From Candidatus Saccharimonadota bacterium (lineage in GTDB: Bacteria > Patescibacteriota > Saccharimonadia > Saccharimonadales > AQU-01): a stretch of 64,000 nt of DNA. How positions within the stretch are numbered: the first letter of the stretch is position 1; the number at the start of each line of letters is the position of its first letter. Position numbers and translations under genes: made by a program. Location of the stretch: positions 3,383 to 67,382 of the forward strand of contig JBAXJI010000003.1 of the NCBI GenBank assembly GCA_037137935.1, given 5' to 3'. A model generated the notes under the pieces. That model saw only the letters and a list, made by a program, of their open reading frames with translations, was not told the DNA's origin and made no database searches. Shown here piece after piece: positions 49,077-57,285 of the stretch.

Positions 49077-50691
49077 CGTGAACGCTGATTTAAAAGAAAA
49101 ATTAAAGTTATTACCCAAAACTCCAGGCGTATATTTTCATAAAAATGTTGCCGGAGAGATTATTTATGTTGGCAAAGCTGCGGTTTTAAATAATCGTGTT
49201 CGTCAATATTTTCAGAAAAGTCGAACGCGTGACGCCAAGACAGAAGCGCTTGTAGCAGAAATTGCTGATACAGATTGGATGGAAGTTGAGAGCGAGCTTG
49301 AAGCGTTATTTCTTGAAGCAGAGATGGTGCGTCGCTATATGCCTCGCTACAATATTCTACTGCGCGACGACAAATCACTTAGCTATATACGTATAGATTA
49401 CGACAGTGATTATCCTACGGTAACTATCACCCGGCGCCCATTAGACGATGGCGCAAAATACTTTGGGCCTTATTTTAATTCGTTGTCTGTTCGCCAGGCA
49501 TTAAAATATTTGCGCAGAGTTTTCCCATTTGCAACCAGTAAATCTGTAGGGCAAAAACGAGCAAATTTGCACTATCATTTAGGATTAGATCCAGGACTCG
49601 AGGAGGGCCGAACTAGTATTAATGAGTACAGATCTAACTTGCGTGGATTGATTAGTTATATTGAAGGTCATAAAGACAAGCTAATCAAATCTTTAGAGCG
49701 CGACATGACAAAGCAAGCAAAGAATGCGCAATTTGAGGAAGCTGCTAAAACACGTAACCGATTATATGCACTCAAAAATTTAAACAAACAAGTAGTGTTT
49801 AGCGACAAAGAGTTCATGGATATTAGTAAGGATCATGCACTTAACGAGCTCGTTGATTTACTGCAACTAGACAAATTTCCTCGTAGAATCGAAGGTTACG
49901 ATATCAGTCATATGAGTGGTACGGATGTCGTAGCGAGTATGGTCGTGTTTACTAATGGCGTTAGCGACAAAGACGAATACCGAAAATTCAAAACTCGAAT
50001 TGACCACAATAATGACTTTTATAATATGAACGAAACCATTAGCCGTCGCCTGTCTTTGCAAGGTCAGACCTTGCAACCTGCTCAGTCTTTGCAAGGTCAG
50101 ACCTTGCAATCTGCGCTAGGAAAGTCCTCTCACAAATCCAAGAATGCCTGGAAGCTAAAATTACCAGATTTAGTGCTGATTGATGGAGGCAAAGGTCAAT
50201 TGGAGGCTGCAATTAAAGCGCGAGACGTCGCCGGACAAAGTGACTTAAAGTTTATTGGGCTAGCTAAGCGCGAAGAACAAATCGTCATACAAAAACCTAA
50301 AATAAAAGGTCTAGTAGAGCATCCTGGCAGTAACGTTACGGTCAATCAGACTACGTTAAAGAAGTTGAACGGTTATGTCACTGAAACAGAAGATTTTATA
50401 TTAATTAATTTATCCCACAGAACAAACTTAATTAAGTTACTGCAAAGAATACGCGACGAGAGCCATAGATTTGCCGTTAGTTACCACTCGACACTCAAAA
50501 GAGGGCGCCAAACTGCGAGTGTTCTTGATGATATTCCAGGATTTGGTCCAGCAACTCGCAAGAAATTATTAAAAACTTTTGGCTCTATTAAGATGCTTGG
50601 ACTTGCCAATAGAGCGGAAATCGAGAAAATAATTGGAATTAAAAAAACCGAACTGTTATTGGCTAATCTACCAGAGCCTAAATCCAAATAA
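49066..50691 (+). CDS. uvrC: excinuclease ABC subunit C
   Basis: GIY-YIG (PGVYFH...IYVGKA), UVR domain (FEEAAKTRNRLYAL), endonuclease domain (IEGYDISH, DGGKGQL) and C-terminal HhH2 (LDDIPGFGPATRKKL). Carries an internal duplicated insert; see findings. Confidence 0.88.
   Translation: MRSNVNADLKEKLKLLPKTPGVYFHKNVAGEIIYVGKAAVLNNRVRQYFQKSRTRDAKTEALVAEIADTDWMEVESELEALFLEAEMVRRYMPRYNILLRDDKSLSYIRIDYDSDYPTVTITRRPLDDGAKYFGPYFNSLSVRQALKYLRRVFPFATSKSVGQKRANLHYHLGLDPGLEEGRTSINEYRSNLRGLISYIEGHKDKLIKSLERDMTKQAKNAQFEEAAKTRNRLYALKNLNKQVVFSDKEFMDISKDHALNELVDLLQLDKFPRRIEGYDISHMSGTDVVASMVVFTNGVSDKDEYRKFKTRIDHNNDFYNMNETISRRLSLQGQTLQPAQSLQGQTLQSALGKSSHKSKNAWKLKLPDLVLIDGGKGQLEAAIKARDVAGQSDLKFIGLAKREEQIVIQKPKIKGLVEHPGSNVTVNQTTLKKLNGYVTETEDFILINLSHRTNLIKLLQRIRDESHRFAVSYHSTLKRGRQTASVLDDIPGFGPATRKKLLKTFGSIKMLGLANRAEIEKIIGIKKTELLLANLPEPKSK
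50052..50109 (+). repeat. 33-bp period tandem duplication of a perfect 21-nt palindrome inside uvrC
   Basis: gtctttgcaaggtcagaccttgcaa occurs at 50052-50076 and 50085-50109. The core ttgcaaggtc-a-gaccttgcaa is a perfect palindrome. Encodes SLQGQTLQPAQ / SLQGQTLQSAL. Confidence 0.9.
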
Positions 50692-50697
50692 ATTAAG

Positions 50698-50769
50698 TAC
50701 TGCAGGGAGTCTCCCTGCTAGATCAGCTAAACAAGGTTACTGCAGGGAGTCTCCCTGCTAGATTTTTTG
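50698..50769 (+). terminator. duplicated hairpin; the second copy is a rho-independent terminator for uvrC
   Basis: tactgcagggagtctccctgctagat occurs at 50698-50723 and 50738-50763 (stem gcagggag / ctccctgc). Only the second copy is followed by tttttt. Confidence 0.6.
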
Positions 50770-50828
50770 CGGGTGAGTCGGGGTGGGTGTTGCATCATCA
50801 GGTAAATCGAGTATACTAATTTACTGCC

Positions 50829-52052
50829 ATGAATTCATTTTTCTCGGCGGAGTTTTTCAAGGAAAACCGAGCTAATTTACGTAAACTTTTTACTGGTACG
50901 GCGCCAATCGTCTTAACGGCTAATGGGTCGTTGCAGCGTGGTGGCGACTCTTCTTATAAGTTTCATCAGGATAGTAATTTTTGGTATTTAACCGGCATCG
51001 ATGAACCCGATGCTCTGCTCGTAATAGACAAAGATAGAGAGTATTTGATTGTTCCAAAACGCGAAGGCGTGCAAGAAGCTTTTGACGGCTCAACCGATTT
51101 TGATGAGATAGCTAGAATATCTGGAATTGAAGCGGTTTATGGCAATAAGGAGGGTTGGGATCGCTTAACTAAGAGGTTGAAGAAGGCTAAACATATAGCC
51201 ACATTGTCTGCCGCCCCAATCTATATTGAGCATTATAGGATGTTTGCAAATCCTGCACGTCAGAAATTAATGGACAGAGTTAAGGAAATAAACTCAGAAA
51301 TCACCATGTTAGATTTGCGACAACATCTCGCAAAGTTACGAGTCATCAAACAGCCAGCAGAGATTTTGGCGATGAAAAAGGCCGTCAATATAACTATGGC
51401 CACTTTCAAAGATGTGGCACGAAGCCTAAAAAATCTAGACAATGAGTTTGAGGTTGAAGCTAAGTTGTCATATGGGTTTCGAAATCGAGGGGCAAGTGGA
51501 CATGCATATGATCCAATAGTGGCCAGCGGACTTAACGCTACGACTCTACATTACTTAAAGAATTCCGATACTCTAAACAGTAAAGAGCTTTTACTAATCG
51601 ATGCAGGTAGCGAAGTCGAGCATTATGCCGCCGATATAACTAGGGTTTTTGCTGTAAATGAGCCAACAAAGAGACAGCAAGCTGTGGTAGACGCCGTAAT
51701 AAGCGTACACGAAAAAGCACTAAGCATATTGAAGCCAGGTGTGATGATGAAGGACTACGAGACCCAAATTGAGGCATTTATGGGTGAAAAGTTGCGAGAG
51801 CTAGGCTTGATTAAGTTAATAGACCATGACTCGGTGCGAAAGTTTTATCCTCATTCGACATCTCACTTCTTGGGCTTAGATGTGCATGATGTAGGGGACT
51901 ATGACCAGCCTTTAGAGGCAGGCATGATATTGACGGTTGAGCCGGGTATTTATATACCAAACGAGAATATTGGCGTCAGACTAGAAGATGATGTACTGAT
52001 TACTACAAAGGGCCCACTTATATTTAGTAAGAATTTACCATTCGTTTTGTGA
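50829..52052 (+). CDS. Xaa-Pro aminopeptidase (M24B family)
   Basis: Metal-ligand regions LIDAGSEVEHYAADITR, HSTSHFLGLDVHD, LTVEPGIY and RLEDDVLIT. An N-terminal creatinase/AMP_N-like domain is present. Confidence 0.85.
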   Translation: MNSFFSAEFFKENRANLRKLFTGTAPIVLTANGSLQRGGDSSYKFHQDSNFWYLTGIDEPDALLVIDKDREYLIVPKREGVQEAFDGSTDFDEIARISGIEAVYGNKEGWDRLTKRLKKAKHIATLSAAPIYIEHYRMFANPARQKLMDRVKEINSEITMLDLRQHLAKLRVIKQPAEILAMKKAVNITMATFKDVARSLKNLDNEFEVEAKLSYGFRNRGASGHAYDPIVASGLNATTLHYLKNSDTLNSKELLLIDAGSEVEHYAADITRVFAVNEPTKRQQAVVDAVISVHEKALSILKPGVMMKDYETQIEAFMGEKLRELGLIKLIDHDSVRKFYPHSTSHFLGLDVHDVGDYDQPLEAGMILTVEPGIYIPNENIGVRLEDDVLITTKGPLIFSKNLPFVL

Positions 52053-52065
52053 TAAAATATATCTA

Positions 52066-52428
52066 ATGAAAAGTCCGTTTTCGCGTTTTATAGTTAGATG
52101 GTTTATTTGTGCCTTAGGCCTCTGGGTAGCGGCCGGCTTATTAGGTGACCGTGTATCTTATGATAGTCGCATCGCAGTTATAGTAATTTCGGGCCTCATA
52201 CTCGCCGCTGTAAACACTTTCATAAAGCCTCTTATCGTAATCATGTCGCTGCCAGCAATACTATTTAGTCTGGGATTATTCATGATAGTCATAAATGGTC
52301 TAATGGTAATGCTGGTAAGTAAATTTTACGCACCCTTGCATATTACGAATTTCGGAGCGGCTATGCTTGCAGGTATGGTCATTGGCTTGGTAAACTACTT
52401 AGTAACTACAATATTGGAGAAATCATGA
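52066..52428 (+). CDS. 4-TM membrane protein of the phage-holin-4_2 / DUF360 family
   Basis: 120 aa with four hydrophobic helices. RFIVRWFICALGLWVAAGLL and INGLMVMLVS are typical of this family. Confidence 0.65.
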   Translation: MKSPFSRFIVRWFICALGLWVAAGLLGDRVSYDSRIAVIVISGLILAAVNTFIKPLIVIMSLPAILFSLGLFMIVINGLMVMLVSKFYAPLHITNFGAAMLAGMVIGLVNYLVTTILEKS

Positions 52429-52637
52429 GCATATTCAACTACATCACTATCGGTTCAACAATATTACTGAGCATTCTTATCCTCATACAAACTCGTGGTG
52501 CATCACTCGGAGCAGGCCTAGGTGGTGGTGGCGAAGTAAACACGGTTCGCCGTGGGTCAGACAAGACTCTTCACCAAATCACGATTACAATGGTTGTCAT
52601 CTTTGCAATGTCCCTCATCATCAGTCTTGTATCTTAA
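52425..52637 (+). CDS. secG: preprotein translocase subunit SecG
   Basis: 70 aa with two TM helices flanking the Gly-rich loop LIQTRGASLGAGLGGGG. Confidence 0.75.
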   Translation: MSIFNYITIGSTILLSILILIQTRGASLGAGLGGGGEVNTVRRGSDKTLHQITITMVVIFAMSLIISLVS

Positions 52638-52666
52638 ACCACTAACCTCAGTTAGGATTCGGTAAT

Positions 52667-54469
52667 ATGTTAAACAGAACCACACGACTTCGTTGGCGCA
52701 GACGCTTCAGGATAAAGCGTAGGCAAGTTGAAGGTATTAGCACGGTAGCAGAAGAACATCTTGACCGACATTTATTCAAAAGAATCGGTCGACTGTATTT
52801 TGTGCGTCGATTTATTTTCACCTGGATATTGTTGTTAGCATTATTGGCTATTGTTTTGTTGTCGCAGATTAGAAGGCTCGGTAATCATTATCAAACACTT
52901 CAGCCTGTTCCAGGGGGTACTTTTGTTGAGGGTATGGTCGGTTCTTTTACGAATGCTAACCCAATATATGCATCTAGTAATGTTGATAGTAGTGTTTCTA
53001 AGCTGGTTTTTTCTGGATTATTTAAGTACGACCAAAAACATAATCTAGTTGGTGATTTAGCTGAAAGCTGGACTGTAGATGAGCGAGGTGTGCATTACGT
53101 GGTAAAGCTTAGGCCGCGTTTATTATGGCAGGATGGCTACCCATTAACGGCGGCTGACATCGTATTCACTTATAAGAGTATTCAAAATCCCGATGCCAAG
53201 TCACCATTAGCTAGTAGTTGGCAGGGGATTACTATTACTGCAAAAGATGCTCAGACAATATATTTTGATCTTCCTAGCGCTCTGAGCTCCTTCCCTCTGT
53301 CAATGACAAACGGTATTGTGCCAAAGCATCTACTTTCGGGTATTGCCGCCTCACAACTGAGGTCTGTTAGCTTTAATACGATTAAGCCAGTAGGTTCTGG
53401 TCCATATAGGTGGGATGCTGTGGAGGTAAGTGGTGAAACTCCAGAAACTCGTATGCAACAGATCGCATTACTGCCAAATGATAATTATTACGGGGGTAAA
53501 CCTTTATTAAATAAATTTGTCATCCGATCTTTTAATAGTGATAAACAACTTCAGACGAGTTTTAATAATCAAGAGCTTAACGCAATGGTCGGGTTATCTT
53601 CAACGCCTAAAGAACTAGTCAGCAAGGCTAATATTTATGAATATAATATTCCTCTACTCAGTGAAGTTATGGTATTTTTGAAAAACTCTAACGAAATACT
53701 TAGGGACACAAAAGTTAGACAAGCGTTAACACTGGCTACAGACACTACTAGTGTATACAAGAGTTTGGGTTATCCGGTTCTGGCAGCTAAGGGGCCTATG
53801 TTGTCGTCACAATTCGCCTACGACAAAGCACTAGATCAGCTAGCCTATGATCCGTTATTGGCCGGCCGATATCTTGACGAAGCAGGCTGGAAAATCGGCG
53901 CAAAGGGCATTAGACAAAAGGATGGCAAGCCGTTAACATTCAACCTATATTCACAGAATAATCCAGAATACACTAAAGTGACCAATATGTTAGCAAGTCA
54001 ATGGAAGTCGGTTGGTGTAGATGCTCAGGTTGTTCTACAGCCAGACAATGAGTTGCAAGCGACAATTTCTTATCATAGCTATGACAGCTTAGTCTTTGGC
54101 ATAAGTCTTGGTATCGATCCAGATGTCTTCCCGTATTGGCATAGCTCTCAGGCTGATCCGAGACTTCAGAACCGTTTGAATTTCTCAGAGTATAAATCTG
54201 GTGTGGCTGACAAATCTCTCGAGGCGGGCCGTACTCGTTCTGATCCTAGCATACGAAAAGTAAAATATCGTCCGTTCCTAGAGGCGTGGAGAAACGATGC
54301 TCCGGCTATAGCGCTGTATCAGCCTAGGTTGTTGTATATATCTAGAGGGCGAATATTTGGATTTGATCCTACTAGTTATAATAGTGGCACTGATCGTTAT
54401 TCTAATGTCGATAAATGGATGATACACGAAGCCAGACTTCAAAAACCTAGAACCACAAAAAATTTATAG
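52667..54469 (+). CDS. ABC transporter substrate-binding protein, family 5 (peptide/nickel type), membrane-anchored
   Basis: 600 aa. Arg-rich N-terminus plus a TM anchor, then an SBP_bac_5-type body (LVGDLAESWTVDERGVHYVVKLRPRLLWQDGYPLTAADIVFTY). No permease or ATPase genes are adjacent. Confidence 0.85.
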   Translation: MLNRTTRLRWRRRFRIKRRQVEGISTVAEEHLDRHLFKRIGRLYFVRRFIFTWILLLALLAIVLLSQIRRLGNHYQTLQPVPGGTFVEGMVGSFTNANPIYASSNVDSSVSKLVFSGLFKYDQKHNLVGDLAESWTVDERGVHYVVKLRPRLLWQDGYPLTAADIVFTYKSIQNPDAKSPLASSWQGITITAKDAQTIYFDLPSALSSFPLSMTNGIVPKHLLSGIAASQLRSVSFNTIKPVGSGPYRWDAVEVSGETPETRMQQIALLPNDNYYGGKPLLNKFVIRSFNSDKQLQTSFNNQELNAMVGLSSTPKELVSKANIYEYNIPLLSEVMVFLKNSNEILRDTKVRQALTLATDTTSVYKSLGYPVLAAKGPMLSSQFAYDKALDQLAYDPLLAGRYLDEAGWKIGAKGIRQKDGKPLTFNLYSQNNPEYTKVTNMLASQWKSVGVDAQVVLQPDNELQATISYHSYDSLVFGISLGIDPDVFPYWHSSQADPRLQNRLNFSEYKSGVADKSLEAGRTRSDPSIRKVKYRPFLEAWRNDAPAIALYQPRLLYISRGRIFGFDPTSYNSGTDRYSNVDKWMIHEARLQKPRTTKNL

Positions 54470-54527
54470 TTTGTTGGTGTTGGCTGACTAATACTCATAT
54501 ACAATTAAGTGGTAATTAACATTTTAG

Positions 54528-54614
54528 GCGCGAGTGGCGGAATTGGTAGACGCGCTAGCTTCAGGAGTTAGTGGGGGTAACCCCGTGGAGGTTCAAGTCC
54601 TCTCCCGCGCACCA
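54528..54614 (+). tRNA. tRNA-Leu (anticodon CAG), class II with long variable arm, CCA encoded
   Basis: GCGCGAG-TG-GCGG-AATTGGTAGA-CGCG-CTAGC-TTCAGGA-GTTAG-variable arm-GGAGG-TTCAAGT-CCTCT-CCCGCGC-A-CCA. Nearly colinear with E. coli tRNA-Leu(CAG). One A:C mismatch in the acceptor stem. Confidence 0.9.
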
Positions 54615-54649
54615 ATATTAGGACCGGTCGCAAGGCCGGTTTTAATATT
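54615..54649 (+). terminator. hairpin after tRNA-Leu(CAG)
   Basis: The outer stem aatatta / taatatt encloses the inner stem accgg / ccggt, followed by a short T-run. Confidence 0.45.
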
Positions 54650-54656
54650 GGTAAAT

Positions 54657-54716
54657 GTGCAGACTTGAACTTCCAGAATTAAGTCAGCCTGCTGATGTGG
54701 AGGTTAGCCCGCGCCC
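54657..54716. repeat. scraps of the tRNA-Leu T-arm/acceptor: one inverted, one direct
   Basis: The reverse complement of 54657-54676 (ctggaagttcaagtctgcac) matches tRNA positions tggaggttcaagtcc at 13 of 15. 54697-54716 (gtggaggtt-ag-cccgcgcc) repeats the T-stem 5' strand and the acceptor 3' strand in direct orientation. Confidence 0.6.
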
Positions 54717-54733
54717 AAACCGAACTTGCTTTG

Positions 54734-55930
54734 CTATGCTAATTTTTCTTGCTCTGCACGTTCAGCTGCTTCACGTTCAGCTGCTTCAAGTTTAGCTGCT
54801 TCAAGTTCAGCTTTAGCCTTATCCTTAAACTTTGCATCAAGATATGGAATTGCTCTGCCTGTTTCTGCAGCCGCTCCCCTCAGTAGGGCATTGTAAATTA
54901 CTTCGGCTTGATGTTCGCGCATCGTGACGTTATCACCAATCACACCGTCGAAATCAACCATTACATGGGCGCCGTCAAAAATAGTTCCAAACCTATCTTC
55001 ATCAAGTAATTCATCAAATGTTTCGATTGAATTAAAATCCTTCTTTTTTTTCTTTAGTTCTTCAACTGCATCTTCGGCTTCTTCACTGCCGTCTTCCACC
55101 AATTTATCGACTTTTTTCTGGGCTTCTCTGCCTTCTCGACTTCCCGTGAACCAGATCGTCTCTATAACGACTTTACCGGCCGCAATTTTTTCTTTTAATA
55201 GCTTGTCTACTTTTTCAAAATTACCAGACGAATCTTCAATTATAACAAGTTTTAATGGCGGTTCAGTTTCGTCGTCGTTTTCATGGGCCTCTACAATCGC
55301 AGCAAGTTTTAATGGCGGTTCAGTTTCGTCGTCGTTTTCATGGGCCTCTACAAACGCAGCAAGTTTTTCGAACTTATCACCGGCTACGATGTAGTTAGTT
55401 TTGTCTCTAATAAAATCATGTCGTTCGACTCTGTTGGGAACAGCCTCTTGCAAATTAGAAATTAATTTTCTGACTATTCCTGACTTAGAAATTTTAGCAT
55501 CTTGGTAGCCTGTGGCTGCAACATCACCGGTAGACCAAATGTTTAGCGATTTTATCCTTCCCTGGTATTTTGCAACTAATTCTGGCATCGTATCAGATAT
55601 GTCTGGAGCTAACATTTTACTCATGTCTATGCCATGAAGACCAGTTATTATTTGGCCTCTAAAATTATCAAAACCTACAGAATCAGTTTGTTCATTTTCC
55701 ATAAATTTTTCCCATAATCTAGTGGCGTATTTGTTATAGTCCATATCGCCTTCTTCCTCGACTTTTGATTGAAGTTCAAAAAAGTACTTACTTAAATCAG
55801 GTGATGGCTCGACAGGTTCTATTGATGGATCGTATTCGGTCAAACCTTTTCTATTTCTAGCAGCATCAGCTGCAGCACTTATGAAGTCTCTTGTTATGAA
55901 GTCTCTTGGTTGTGGCGGTTGTTGTTCCAT
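54734..55930 (-). CDS. hypothetical protein with internal 19-aa duplication and Ala/Glu-rich C-terminal tail
   Basis: 398 aa. Contains HAD-like fragments (MVDFDGVIGDN, IWSTGD, VIIEDS) in a non-canonical order. Tail reads AELEAAKLEAAEREAAERAEQEKLA. Confidence 0.6.
   Translation of the reverse strand: MEQQPPQPRDFITRDFISAAADAARNRKGLTEYDPSIEPVEPSPDLSKYFFELQSKVEEEGDMDYNKYATRLWEKFMENEQTDSVGFDNFRGQIITGLHGIDMSKMLAPDISDTMPELVAKYQGRIKSLNIWSTGDVAATGYQDAKISKSGIVRKLISNLQEAVPNRVERHDFIRDKTNYIVAGDKFEKLAAFVEAHENDDETEPPLKLAAIVEAHENDDETEPPLKLVIIEDSSGNFEKVDKLLKEKIAAGKVVIETIWFTGSREGREAQKKVDKLVEDGSEEAEDAVEELKKKKKDFNSIETFDELLDEDRFGTIFDGAHVMVDFDGVIGDNVTMREHQAEVIYNALLRGAAAETGRAIPYLDAKFKDKAKAELEAAKLEAAEREAAERAEQEKLA
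55247..55360 (-). repeat. 57-bp tandem duplication (2 copies) inside the CDS
   Basis: 55247-55303 and 55304-55360 are near-identical (aagttttaatggcggttcagtttcgtcgtcgttttcatgggcctctacaa...). This gives AAFVEAHENDDETEPPLKL / AAIVEAHENDDETEPPLKL. Confidence 0.9.
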
Positions 55931-55944
55931 GACACAATAATATC

Positions 55945-56442
55945 ATGATTTATTGGTTTATTGGCTACCCTGGCGTAGGCAAAGATTATTGTGCAAAAAA
56001 GTTGAGCCAATTATTGGTTTGTCCGCATATTGATGCTGATGATTTCCTTACTAATGAGAATAAACAGAGCTTGATAGCCGGCAAGTTTGGTAGTCACGAC
56101 AGACTACAAAAGCTAAATAGAATATGCAAGAAAGTTAAAATCCTGCTAGAAACTAATGACTGTATTACTGTAGCTGATTCGTTGCCCGACCAAGCTTCTA
56201 GAAATTTTGTAGTCAATTATTTTGGTAAAAATGTCAGGTTCATACTAGTTAAGTCGTCTGATTCTATACACCATGGTCGGCTTACGGCTAGGTCAGACCA
56301 TTTTTTTACCCATGAATTAATAGAAGATTATATCAAGAATAATTGGCAGGAAATTGATGAAGACAACATGCCATGTACAATTCTTATAAATGAGCATAAA
56401 AGTGAGGCAGAGTTAATTAAGGCTTTACAAGAACTTATATAA
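55945..56442 (+). CDS. P-loop kinase, gluconokinase-like
   Basis: Walker A GYPGVGKD. HIDADDFLTNENKQSLIAGKFGSHDRLQKL resembles the GntK pattern (DgDd.Hp..N..KM..G.pL.D.DR..WL). gnd lies two genes downstream. Confidence 0.5.
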   Translation: MIYWFIGYPGVGKDYCAKKLSQLLVCPHIDADDFLTNENKQSLIAGKFGSHDRLQKLNRICKKVKILLETNDCITVADSLPDQASRNFVVNYFGKNVRFILVKSSDSIHHGRLTARSDHFFTHELIEDYIKNNWQEIDEDNMPCTILINEHKSEAELIKALQELI

Positions 56443-56464
56443 TTTTTAATAAATAGGGGACACA

Positions 56465-57232
56465 TTGGATTTTAAAAAAGAACTAGAATTTGCCAAAACA
56501 ATCGCAATAAAGGCAGGCGACATAATGTTGCAATATTTTGATGGGGATCAAAACACGGAGATTAAAACTGACGGTACACCAGTGACAATTGCCGATAAAA
56601 CAATTAACCGTATGGTAATTGATGAATTACGACAAGACTTTACTGGTGATGGTGTGGTTGGCGAGGAAGAGAGCAGTGCTGAATATGGCATGGGTCGGCG
56701 CTGGATATGTGATCCAATTGACGGCACCATGGCCTACACGTACGGCTTACCTATCTCTATGTTTTCTTTAGCACTAGTTATAGATGGCCTACCGACACTT
56801 GGAGTCGCCTATAATCCTTTCATGAAGCAGATGTTTTGGGGGATCAAAGGCCGTGGAAGTTTTTGCAACGGAAAGGCTCTAAGCGTTTCTAGCCTAGATA
56901 TTAATTCTGGGATAGTCGCGATTCCTCCTAATATGACGAGAGTTTATGGCCAGGCTCCAGATATAACCAAATTACTGGCATATAAGCCTCAGTTAGCAGT
57001 ATTTGATGGAGCGGTTCATAGGAGTTGTTTGGTAGCTAGTGGACGATTAATCGGCTTTCCTCATCCAGAAGTTAAGCCTCACGATGTTGCCGCTGTCCAT
57101 GTGATTATTGAAGAAGCTGGCGGTAAGGTTACAGATGTACACGGCGGTAAGCTAGATTATAGTAAGCCTTTCGTCGGAGCAATATTGTCAAATGGTGTGG
57201 CCCACGAGCAATTACTGTCACTTTTTGTGTAG
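56465..57232 (+). CDS. inositol monophosphatase family protein
   Basis: TTG start preceded by AGGGGA. Motifs VVGEEES and WICDPIDGT, plus the C-terminal EEAGG region. Confidence 0.85.
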   Translation: MDFKKELEFAKTIAIKAGDIMLQYFDGDQNTEIKTDGTPVTIADKTINRMVIDELRQDFTGDGVVGEEESSAEYGMGRRWICDPIDGTMAYTYGLPISMFSLALVIDGLPTLGVAYNPFMKQMFWGIKGRGSFCNGKALSVSSLDINSGIVAIPPNMTRVYGQAPDITKLLAYKPQLAVFDGAVHRSCLVASGRLIGFPHPEVKPHDVAAVHVIIEEAGGKVTDVHGGKLDYSKPFVGAILSNGVAHEQLLSLFV

Positions 57233-57285
57233 ATCTTCAGTCTTATCAATAGTAAATATAGATTGTTTCGTACTATAATATTGAT

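Noticed and set aside
50698-50763. Possible CRISPR-like array (repeated palindromic 26-mers). The same question applies to the uvrC internal repeats at 50052-50109.
   Set aside because: There are only two copies each, with spacers of 14 and 8 nt. No cas genes are in the window. One pair is inside a conserved CDS and the other functions as a terminator.
54924-55394. 156-aa plus-strand ORF opposite the 54734-55930 gene.
   Set aside because: It is a serine-rich mirror image of the acidic, repeat-containing minus-strand frame, and it even mirrors the 57-bp duplication. The minus-strand frame is 398 aa, with a sensible start and a proper stop.
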